A DNA stretch of 64,000 nt from Macrostomum hystrix (Eukaryota; Animalia; Platyhelminthes): assembly GCA_950097015.1 (NCBI GenBank), contig CATNEN010000038.1:26970001-27034000 (forward strand). The letters run 5' to 3'. How positions within the stretch are numbered: position 1 is the first letter of the stretch; every line of letters begins with the position of its first letter. Both the position numbers and the translations under genes were made by a program. The notes below the pieces were generated by a model. It was not told the origin of the DNA. It worked only from the letters and a program-made list of their open reading frames with translations, and searched no databases. Positions 10,001 to 22,000 of the stretch are shown in pieces.

Positions 10001-13000
10001 TGGTATAAAAATAGCTTGGTAGTCCTACTGTTAATGATGCATTTTGTGATCTAAGAGGGAATAATAATTTAATAAAAAACTAAGTAAAAATGTAAGTAAA
10101 AATCAATGCAAAACTAATTGATAATTATTCGCGTATTGTTGCTTCATAGTGATTTAATTAGATAGGAAGCATATAAAAATAAATAGGAAAGAAACTAGTA
10201 TTGACACAAGCAAGGCAGTGCAGTCAAATTTCTCACCTGTTATTATTGGTCAATTTGTCTCCAGGTCGGTCTTAGTCCAGGTCGTTTGTTGCAGAAATTT
10301 CGAGATGCCAGCTTCCAAGAAGACACTTTTTCCCATATCTTCATCGCCTCAAAGATCACACAATCACACACAGACAGACACAGGTGCATTCATTCGATTT
10401 CATTTCAATTCATTATTGTGGCAGATTGCATGCGTTAAGCCCTGACGAAACTTATCTTCGTATTCCTAGTTGATTTAGTTAAAAGCTGGTCCGTTAAAAT
10501 AAAAGTACTTTAGAAAGCAGGCAAGATAGCAAATTAGGAATAAAAAAGTGCAAACGTTAAAATAGTCGCAATATAGCTCGTACATTGCAAGTCGTAATAT
10601 AGGGGTATAGGATTAAAGAAGTGCAAAACTAAAAGTTATTTTTTTAAGAATTTTAAATAATTTTTACAAATATAAAATCTAGTCTTACCCTGTTCGTGAC
10701 TGTCATCTTCAGTATGAGGCTGTTCATCTAAAATGGACAGGTATGGGATATTATAAATACACTGCCAAGATATACAGTTTGAAAACTTCTAGGATTTAAG
10801 AGATTGGCTGACCCAATATGAGGATCTGGGAGATTGGCTGACCCAATATGAGGATCTGGGAGATTGGCTGACCCAATATGAATATCTGGGAGATTGGCTG
10901 ACCCAATATGAGGATCTGGGAGATTGGCTGACCCAATATGAGGATCTGGGAGATTGGCTGACCCAATATGAATATCTGGGAGATTGGCTGACCCAATATG
11001 AGGATCTGGGAGATTGGCTGACCCAATATGAGGATCTGGGAGATTGGCTGACCCAATATGAGGATCTGGGAGATTGGCTGACCCAATATGAGGATCTGGG
11101 AGATTGGCTGACCCAATATGAGGATCTGGGAGATTGGCTGACCCAATATGAGGATCTGGGAGATTGGCTGACCCAACCTGAGGATCTGGGAGATTGGCTG
11201 ACCCAATATGAGGATCTGGGAGATTGGCTGACCCAATATGAATATCTGGGAGATTGGCTGACCCAATATGAGGATCTGGGAGATTGGCTGACCCAATATG
11301 AGGATCTGGGAGATTGGCTGACCCAATATGAGGATCTGGGAGATTGGCTGACCCAATATGAGGATCTGGGAGATTGGCTGACCCAACCTGAGGATCTGGG
11401 AGATTGGCTGACCCAATATGAGGATCTGGGAGATTGGCTGACCCAATATGAATATCTGGGAGATTGGCTGACCCAATATGAGGATCTGGGAGATTGGCTG
11501 ACCCAATATGAGGATCTGGGAGATTGGCTGACCCAATATGAATATCTGGGAGATTGGCTGACCCAATATGAGGATCTGGGAGATTGGCTGACCCAATATG
11601 AGGATCTGGGAGATTGGCTGACCCAATATGAGGATCTGGGAGATTGGCTGACCCAATATGAAGATCTGGGAGATTGGCTGACCCAATATGAGGATCTGCG
11701 AGATTGCCTGACTCAATCTAAGGATCTAGAAGGTTGCCTGACCCAACCTGAGGATCAGGGAGATTAAATGACCCAACCTTGGGATCTGAGACAATGGCTA
11801 ATCTGACTCACCAGCATCATCCTGTTCCTGCTGATAGCGCTGCAAATCGTCCTCTCGCTCCATGACGCCCTCAACAAACTGCCTGGCCTGCTCCTTCAGT
11901 TTGGCCTCCTCGTTCTCGGCTTCGTCAACTTCAACTGGCGTCGGTGGCGGAGTTTCTCGCTTAGCCGTAGTCGAAGGCTCGGCGTGACTGACTGGAGCAG
12001 TCTGTGGCGTGTCCAGCTCTGCTTTTGTTTAGCGAAATAGAATGCGACATTTAGAATATGTACTTTAACACCCAAGCACTTTTAGTAGTTCAAAAGTGAC
12101 AGTTATCGTGCATATTGTTAGGAATTTTTTTAAACTGCAGCGACACAACTTGGGCATGCTCGGTCCTGGGTTATTTCAGTTTAATAAGGTGAAACTAAAT
12201 CTATATTCATTTTCAATAGGCTTCACAGCACATGCTACTGTCGCATCACTGAATATTAAGTAGTTCAGAAGTAAATAAACTGAACTTTTGAAGTGAATTA
12301 AAAAATCCGATTAAGTCGTATGTGATCTAATTGTTTTGGAGTATAACGTCAAAATATTCGGTTATGTGTCACTTCGATGTACAAACGTACACAACTTAAC
12401 AGGTTAACAAACAACAGTGCGAAAACAGGAGATGCCAAATTTAAGCAAGTCGTTACACTAGCGATTGGGTCAGCTCATCTCCCAGATCCTCAAATTGGGT
12501 CAGATATTCTCCCAGATCCTCAGGTTACGTCAGCCATTCTCCCAGATTCTCGGATTGGGTCAGATATTCTCCAAGATTCTCAGGTTGGGTCAGCCATTTT
12601 CCCAGATCCTCAGATTGGGTCAGATATTCTCCCTGATCCTCAGGTTGGGTCAGATATTTTCCCAGATCCTCAGATTGGGTCAGATATTATCCAGATCCTC
12701 AGATTGGGTCAGATATTCTCCCAGATCTTCAGGTTGGGTCAGATATTCTCCCAGATCCTCCGGTTGGGTCAGCCATTTTCCCAGATCCTCAGGTTGGGTC
12801 AGATATTCTCCCAGATCCTCAGATTGGGTCAGATATTCTCCAAGATTCTCAGGTTGGGTCAGATATTCTCCCAGATCCTCAGATTGGGTCAGATATTCTC
12901 CAAGATTCTCAGATTGGGTCAGATATTCTCCCAGATCCTCAGGTTGGGTCAGATATTCTTCAAGATCCTCAGATTGGGTCAGATATTCTCCCAGATCCTC

Positions 13001-16000
13001 AGGTTGGGTCAGATATTCTTCAAGATCCTCAGATTGGGTCAGATATTCTCCAAGATTCTCAGGTGGGGTCAGCCATTCTCCCAGATCCTTAAGTTGGATC
13101 AGTTAATCTTCCAGTTTTTAAAACCAACACTAAATATAGTTGAAAAAAGAGCTGCTTTAAACAAAAGCAGAGTAGCACAACAGTTTGGCCCAGCCAGAGG
13201 AATAAAACAGCAAAACAAGAAAGTGAAAACACGGAAAACAGCAAAACAAATAAGTATTGTTTAGCAGTGCTCAAAGATTAAAAACTAATTAATACGACTC
13301 ACTCTCGCATCAAAGACGAGAAATAGGATAAAAATTATCCACAGGGAAACATGCCGACTACATACAAACCTTCGTCTCCCTCTGGGGCCATAGACATTGC
13401 TGGCAGGGAGTCCAGCTTATCAAGCAGCTCTTCAACTGCTGGATCATCCCGCGGCTGAGGCCGACTAACAGCGGCTATGTCATCCTCCTGCACCGCTTCT
13501 GACGGAGGCGACGATGATAGTTGGATGAGATGGTAAGGTTTCAAGGGAAAATGCAGCACGAATTTGTATATCCCCCAGTTCTTCAGGGGCAAGTAGCTCT
13601 ATATCCTCCAGTTCTTCAGGGGCAAGTAGCTCTATATCCTCCAGTTCTTCAGGGGCAAGTAGCTCTATATCCTCCTGTTCTTCAGGGGCAAGTAGCTCTA
13701 TATCCTCCAGTTCTTCAGGGGCAAGTAGCTCTATATCCTCCAGTTCTTCAGGGGCAAGTAGCTCTATATCCCCCAGTTCTTCAGGGGCAAGTAGCTCTAT
13801 ATCCTCCAGTTCTTCAGGGGCAAGTAGCTCTATATCCTCCAGTTCTTCAGGGGCAAGTAGCTCTATATCCCCCAGTTCTTCAGGGGCAAGTAGCTCTATA
13901 CCCCCCAGTTCTTCAGGGGCAAGTAGCTCTATATCCCCCAGTTCTTCAGGGGCAAGTAGCTCTATATCCCCCAGTTCTTCAGGGGCAAGTAGCTCTATAC
14001 CCCCCAGTTCTTCAGGGGCAAGTAGCTCTATATCCCCCAGTTCTTCAGGGGCAAGTTGCTCTATATCTCCCCCCAGTTCTTCAGGGGCAAGTAGCTCTAT
14101 ATCCCCCAGTTCTTCAGGGGCAAGTTGCTCTATATCCTCCAGTTCTTCAGGGGCAAGTAGCTCTATATCCTCCAGTTCTTCAGGGGCAAGTAGCTCTATA
14201 TCCCCCAGTTCTTCAGGGGCAAGTAGCTCTATATCCCCCAGTTCTTCAGGGGCAAGTTGCTCTATATCCTCCAGTTCTTCAGGGGCAAGTAGCTCTATAT
14301 CCCCCAGTTCTTCAGGGGCAAAGTAGCTCTATATCCTCCAGTTCTTCAGGGGCAAGTAGCTCTATATCCTCCAGTTCTTCAGGGGCAAGTTGCTCTATAT
14401 CTCCCCCCAGTTCTTCAGGGGCAAGTAGCTCTATATCCTCCAGTTCTTCAGGGGCAAGTTGCTCTATATCCTCCAGTTCTTCAGGGGCAAGTAGCTCTAT
14501 ATCCTCCAGTTCTTCAGGGGCAAGTAGCTCTATATCCCCCAGTTCTTCAGGGGCAAGTAGCTCTATATCCTCCAGTTCTTCAGGGGCAAGTAGCTCTATA
14601 TCCTCCAGTTCTTCAGGGGCAAGTAGCTCTATATCCTCCAGTTCTTCAGGGGCAAGTAGCTCTATATCCCCCAGTTCTTCAGGGGCAAGTAGCTCTATAT
14701 CCTCCAGTTCTTCAGGGGCAAGTTGCTCTATATCCCCCAGTTCTTCAGGGGCAAGTAGCTCTATATCCCCCAGTTCTTCAGGGGCAAGTAGCTCTATATC
14801 CCCCAGTTCTTCAGGGGCAAGTAGCTCTATATCCTCCAGTTCTTCAGGGGCAAAGTAGCTCTATATCCTCCAGTTCTTCAGGGGCAAGTAGCTCTGATAA
14901 ATTATTCATTTATTAGGAAGCATTAGAAAGCGTCATTTTCAATAAAAATCAAGAAAACAATAAGAACAATCTAATAGTTGTTCCACGTTAAGGAAAATTT
15001 TCAATAACCCGGAACACTTGATCATGCGATTTCAAATTTTAGGAAAACTATTCTAAACAAGACCTTGGCGACATTTAGGAAGCTGCTGAATAATACCAAC
15101 CTCGGCCATCCAATTCGCTGCCGGGCAGGTGTACCACAGGCTCCGGAGTCAAGGAGTCCATGGAGTCAATTAGGTCTAGGAAGGCTTTAGTTTTGGCCTC
15201 GCTATTCTCGGCCTGTTCAGCTTCTGTCTTAGCCGCCGGAGGCGGCCCGTGTCGTTCGTCGACCGACGGCTTAATCACGTCGTCGTCCTCGTCGTCGGCG
15301 GGTGGCTGGCTGCCGCGGCCGCCGCTTTGGCGCTCCTCGGCTTCCTGACGATCTAGGAGGTCCTTGGCCTGGCGTTTCTCGTCCTCCTCAACTACGTATT
15401 CAACGTTGCGCATGCACTTTTTAACAACGTCGTCCCGACCGATGCGACGCAGAGCGCGCTCCATCTCGTTGCCCGTGGCATCGTTGGCACGCTCGCGCTG
15501 CCACTGGCAGAGGACGGCGAAGGCGCGATCGCGATCGTCGCGGAAGTTCACCTGGATACGCACAAGTTTGTGTACGTGTAAGTTAAGATGGGATTAAAAA
15601 AGCGGTAAATTGGGAAATGGAAAACTGGAGAAATATAAAAATTACCCTTTGGGATTATTAAAACAATGGAACACTTAAGGAACGGGGTGAGTTTTGCAAT
15701 TAATGGGAGAATATTGGAAATGTGAGAATTGGAAAAAAATGAGGATTTGGAAACTGGAGATTATAGGAAATTATAGAGTTAGTAAACGGGAGAATCAGGA
15801 AACAGGAGATTAAAGGAAATGTGAGAATTGGTAAATGGGAGATTATATGAAATGTGAGAATTGTGAAACGGGGAGAATTGGGAAATGGGAGATTATAGGA
15901 AATGCGTGAATTGGGAAACGGGGAGAATTGGGAAATGGGAGATTATAGGAAATGTGTGAATTGGGAAACGGGAAACTAAATGAATTATGTGAATTGGAAA

Positions 16001-19000
16001 AGGGTAGATTATAGGAAATGTGTGAATCGGAAAATTGTGGAAATGGGAAAATAGGGAAAATGGTCAGGATAAATTAGAGATTTAGGAGATAAAAAAATTG
16101 TAAAGATTTTGGTCGGGAATTAGGCAATGGTAGGGTGCAGGATTAAGGATTACAGATCAGGGAATTAGCGAACACACGGCCCACCTTGGCGTTGGTGATG
16201 TCGGACTGTCCGACGCCCAGCTCCCTAGCCAGCATCGGCCAATCGGAGCGCACGCAGTCGGCCAGATCGCGCAGGTCCAGCTCGGATCTGGCGATGCGGT
16301 CCGTGGTGAAGCTGAGCAGCTCGGGCTGCAGCTCATCGGCGGGACTCTTGGCCGGCCGGAGGGCCGAACCGTCCGGGCTGCAGTCGGGCAGCTGGATCTC
16401 CAGGGTGCAGATTGGCTTCAGCGTCGGACTATCGGTTGGCTTCAGCGGGCGAGGATCGTTCAGGAAGGCGATCTTGCCGACCGCCGGCTCATTGGGATCC
16501 TTGATCTGGAAGGATTGAGGAGTTCAGCGATTGCTTGAGCTTGATTTCAGTAGGGGTGAGATTCGACGAGATTTGGGTGAGATTCTACGAGATCTGTGTG
16601 AGATTCGATGAGATTTGGGTGAGATTCGACGAGATTTGGGTGAGATTCGACGAGATGTTGGTGAGATTCGACGAAGTCTTGGTGAGATTCGACGACTGAC
16701 GAGGTTTTGGTGAGACTCGATGAGGTCTGTGTGAGATTCGACGAGATTTGGGTGAGATTCGACGAGATGTTGGTGAGATTCGACGAAGTCTTGGTGAGAT
16801 TCGACGACTGACGAGGTTTTGGTGAGACTCGACGAGGTCTGGATGAGATTCGACGAGATTTAGATGAGATTCGACGAGATTATGGTGAGATTCGACGAGG
16901 TCTGGATGAGATTCGACGAGATTTGGGTGAGATTCGACGAGATGTGTGAGATTGGACGTGATTTGGTTGAGATTTGATGAGATTAGGGTGAGATTTGACG
17001 AGATTAGGGTGAGATTCGATGAGTACTGTGTGAGATTCGACGAGATTATGGTGAGATTCGACGAGGTCTGGATGAGATTCGACGAGATTTGGGTGAGATT
17101 CGACGAGATGTGTGAGATTGGACGTGATTTGGGTGAGATTTGATGAGATTAGGGTGAGATTTGACGAGATTAGGGTGAGATTCGATGAGTACTGTGTGAG
17201 ATTCGACGAGATTTTGGTGTGATTCGACGAGGTCGGATCTCTAGACTCACCTTGACTGGGAAGGCCAGTCGGTTCTCGCGGAAGGCGCGGAATGGCAGGA
17301 AGAGCTGGTCGCCATTCTTACTAGCCGGGGTCAAATTGCCGACGCCTTCGATCCACTGCGGCTTGCCGTCCAGCACTTCAACTTCGCGCGATTCAGCCTT
17401 GCGCTCGAAGCCTTCATTGCACTCAAGAGTCTTGTCCACCTGACAGGGGAGAAGACAGTCGTTTTTATTACTTTATGTATAAAAAACCACCATGAATCCT
17501 ATCTGATTCAATATCTTATCTGGCTTTAAATCCCACTTGAGTAACTAGAAAGCCCGTTTGAGTAGCTAAAAATCCCACTTGAGTGGCTAAAAATCCCACT
17601 TGAGTAGCTAAAAATCCCATTTGAGTAGCTAAAAATCCCATTTGAGTAGCTAAAAATCCCATTTGAGTAGCTAAAAATCCCATTTGAGTAGCTAAAAATC
17701 CTATTAGAGAAGCTGAAAATGCCATTTGAGTAGCTAAAAATCCCATCTGAGTATCTAAAAATCCCATCTGAGTAGCTAAAAATCCCACTTGAGTGGCTAA
17801 AAATCACATTTGAGTAGCTAAAAATCCTATTAGAGAAGCTGAAAATGCCATTTGAGTAGCTAAAAATCCCATCTGAGTATCTAAAAATCCAATTTGAGTA
17901 GCTAAAAGGCTCATCTGAGTAGCTAAAAATCCAATCTGAGTATCTAAAAATCCCATTTGAGTAGCTAAAAATCCCATTTGAGTAGCTAAAAATCTCAATT
18001 AAGTAGCTAACTGCCCGACTCGGTTTAAAATGCTATCCAATCTCACAAAAAGTTCCCAATTGACTAGATCCTAACACGTGTCTGATTATCAGATCTAATT
18101 AATAAATATCCCATGAGACCTGGTTAAAAATCTTAAAATCTGGTTAACTATCACACCTTGTCATCCGTGATGCAGAAGCATCGCAATTTGGCCTCCTCCT
18201 GCTCGTTGCGTTTAGCAAAGATGACAAAACGGCCCATATAAGGCACTAGGAAGGCCTCGCGGTAGAGTCTGCCGGCCATGTCAGCAGATTCCGTGGTGTT
18301 GGGACAGTCCATTAGCCAGAATCGGGCGCTCACAGTTGTAGTGAATGAGACGCAGTCCTTCACGTAGGACAGCGGCGTGGAGCCTGTGCAGTGAGGTTAA
18401 CAAAAATAAGTCTACTTAAAACTGTAGTTCAACTACGAGCCTACATTTAAAGCTACTCAAACTGTACACAAACTACGAGCCTACATTTAAAGCTACTCAA
18501 ACTGTACTCAAACTACGAACCTACATTTAAAGCTACTCAAACTGTACACAAACTACGAGCCTACATTTAAAGCTACTCAAACTGTACTCAAACTACGAGC
18601 CTACATTTAAAGCTACTCAAACTGTACTTAAACTATGAGCCATCATTTGAAGCTACTCAAAACCGTACTCAAACTACGAGCCTACATTTAAAGCTACTCA
18701 AACTGTACTTAAACTATGAGCCATCATTTGAAGCTACTCAAAACCGTACTCAAACTACAAGTCTTCATTTCAAGCTACTCAAAACTGTACTCAAACTACG
18801 AGCCTACATTTAAAGCTACTCAAACTGTACTTAAACTATGAGCCTTCATTTCAAGCTAATCAAAACTATACTCAAAGTACGAGCTTTCCATTGCAGCTAC
18901 TCAGAACTGTTCTCAAACTATGAATCTAAATTTGAAGCTACTCAAAACTGAACTCATTTTGTACGAGCCTTCATTTTTAGCTACTCAAAACTGTACTCAA

Positions 19001-22000
19001 ACTACGAGCCTTCATTTGTAGCCACTTTAAACTGTACTCAAACTACGAGCCTTCATTTGTAGCTACTTTAAACTGTACTGAAACTATGAATCTAAATTTG
19101 AAGCTACTCAAAACTGTACTCATTTTGTACGAGCCTTCATTTTTAGCTACTCAAAACTGCACTCAAACTACGAGCCTTCATTTGTAGCTACTCAAAACTG
19201 TACTCAAACTACGAGCCTTCATTTGTAGCTACTTTAAACTGTACTGAAAGTACGAGCTTTCCCTTGTAGCTACTCAGAACTGTGCTCAAACTACAAGCCA
19301 ACATTGGCACACAAGTTTTGCTCAACTATACTAGCCACATCCCTAAACTGTACTTTTTCTATTATGAAAGCATGGATATCCATTAAGCAGCTTACCTGTG
19401 ATATCCTCCCAGGTAGCGGGCTGCACACCGCCGGTGATGCTGCACAGCAGGCGCAGGGTGGGGCTCTCGCCGGGATTAGTGATACCCCTAGTTGCCGGCT
19501 TAGGCAGGGGAATAGTCAGAGTTATCGGCTTGTGAAATTTGCGCCTACGCGGCTCGATGGTGACAACGGGCGAGACGGCGACGCGGTTGCCTAGCAACCG
19601 GCCAACCTGCTCGCTGGCAACTGGCAGGGCCTGAATGCCGACGCGAATCTTTTTGGTTAGGGCGCCCTCAGGGAACACCGCTTGCACCTGAGGCGGAATT
19701 AAATAATGAGCACATTTTTTTAATTCGAAACATTTGCTTGTAGCTCGTAGTAAAGTATGTAAAAGTATAATAAATTATATAATTTATAGTTTGAAAATAA
19801 AATACATACGATCTAGCAGCCTAGCCTCTAGATTAAGTCCCAGTATCTCTAGACATAAGTCATGCTATATACAAACTCTCAGATATGAAGCTGGCTATCT
19901 TGCGCATTATTTTTTTGAACTCCAGCAACTGCAGAATATATGAAGATACTGCCACAGTATCCCTAGATCTAGTCCTGTTTGTATCTATGGATCTATAGAT
20001 CTACACATATCTGTAGATATTGCCTAGAGTGCATCCATAGATCGAGTTCTATCAGTATCCCTACATCTAGTCCTGTCTTTATCTATAGATCTAGCCCTGT
20101 CTTTATCCATAGATCTAGCCCTGTCTTTATCCATAGATCTAGCCCTGTTTATCAATAGATCTAGCCCTGTCTTTATCCATAGATCTAGCCCTGTCTTTAT
20201 CTATAGATCTAGCCCTGTCTTTATCCATAGATCTAGCCATGTCTTTATCCATAGATCTAGCCCTGTTTATCAATAGATCTAGCCCTGTCTTTATCCATAG
20301 ATCTAGCCCTGTCTTTATCCATAGATCTAGCCCTGTCTTTATCCATAGATCTAGCCCTGTCTTTATCCATAGATCTAGCCCTGTCTTTATCCATAGATCT
20401 AGCCCTGTTTATCAATAGATCTAGCCCTGTCTTTATCCATAGATCTAGCCCTGTCTTTATCCATAGATCTAGCCCTGTCTTTATCCATAGATCTAGCCCT
20501 GTCTTTATCCATAGATCTAGCCCTGTTTATCCATAGATCTAGCCCTGTCTTTATCCATAGATCTAGCCCTGTTTATCCATAGATCTAGCCCTGTTTATCA
20601 ATAGATCTAGCCCTGTCTTTATCCATAGATCTAGCCCTGTCTTTATCCATAGATCTAGCCCTGTCTTTATCCATAGATCTAGTACTGTCTGTATCTATAG
20701 ATCTAGTACTGTCTGTATCTATAGATCTAGTACTGTCTGTATCTATAGATCTAGTCCTGTCTGTATCTGTAGATCTAGTCCTGTCTGTATCTGTAGATCT
20801 AGTCCTGTCTGTATCTGTAGATCTTGTCCTGTCTGTTTCCATAGATATAGTCCTGAAAGTATCTGTAGATCTAGTCCTGTCTGTATTTATAGATCTAGTC
20901 CTGTCTGTATCTGTAGATCTAGTCCTGTCTGTATCTGTAGATCTAGTCCTGTCTGTTTCCATAGATATAGTCCTGAAAGTATCTGTAGATCTAGTCCTGT
21001 CTGTATCTATAGATCCAGTCCTGTCTGTATCTGTAGATCTAGTCCTGTCTGTATCCGCTAGTATCTTCGGATTCCTAGACATCTGTAATTCTTCGCTAGC
21101 CTTCCTATTGCGTCAATGTTTACTAGCGAATCGCGTACCTGGCCAATCACAGTGGACGAGATGACGCCACCCTCCGGACCAATCAGAGCGCTCTCCTGTC
21201 GCACCCTGGTCACCAGGGCGAAATACTGCGGAAAGCTGTTAGTTAAGATGCGCACAATGCGCTTCTTACGCAGATCGTCATTGGTTGGCATGGAGCCGAA
21301 TACTCCACCGACGGCGTCAATAACCGACTGTTCGGTGACTTCAACGGTGTGCTCCTTCCAGGTCTCGCCGTTGTCGGATCGCAGTACAACAATTTCACGT
21401 TCGCGATCGCGCAGAGAAGCGAAATGCGGCACCTCGAGGAGGACGTTGCTATTGAAATTGGCGTTGCTAGGGCCCATCTCAATGATTCGACAGGCGAGGC
21501 CTTCGCCATCGTTGAACTGCGGCGGCCTGGTGACTCGACCTTGACGCATCAGGCGGCAGGTGATGCGAGTGGGAGCGCTGGCAGCGTTGGGCGGGATCAC
21601 AATGCGGAGGCCGGGAAACCGGCTGCCGTTCATGGCGCCGCCACGAGCGTCAACGAGGAATGAGACCAGGAATCTGCGGGTGGGGAGTTTTTGGGATATT
21701 TTTGTACCGAGGAGGACGTTGCTATTGAAATTGGCGCTGCTCGGGCCCAATTAAATGGAAACATTTAGTTGGGGGATGAGCTGTCATAGAGAAGAAGTAA
21801 GGAAATCAAGCTGTCATATATGAGAAGGGAAACGAGCTGTCATATGAGCAGGGAAACGAGCTGTCATATGAGCAGGGAAATGAGCTGTCATTTGAGCAGG
21901 GAAACGAGCTGTCATATGAGCAGGGAAACGAGCTGTCATATGAGCAGGGAAATGAGCTGTCATTTGAGCAGGGAAACGAGCTGTCATATGAGCAGGGAAA

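Noticed and set aside
10796-11716. 306-aa ([10 protein letters not shown])n ORF on the ankyrin strand
   Set aside because: All three minus frames of the 30-bp unit are open, and no splice sites bound the array.
13521-14858. 445-aa plus-strand ORF
   Set aside because: Antisense reading of the 33-bp array that changes frame midway; only the sense-strand frame is kept as a hypothesis.
15160-21663. Plus-strand ORFs overlapping ankyrin exons (also 7486-7992, 39526-39711, 42868-43563)
   Set aside because: Antisense shadows of GC-rich coding exons.
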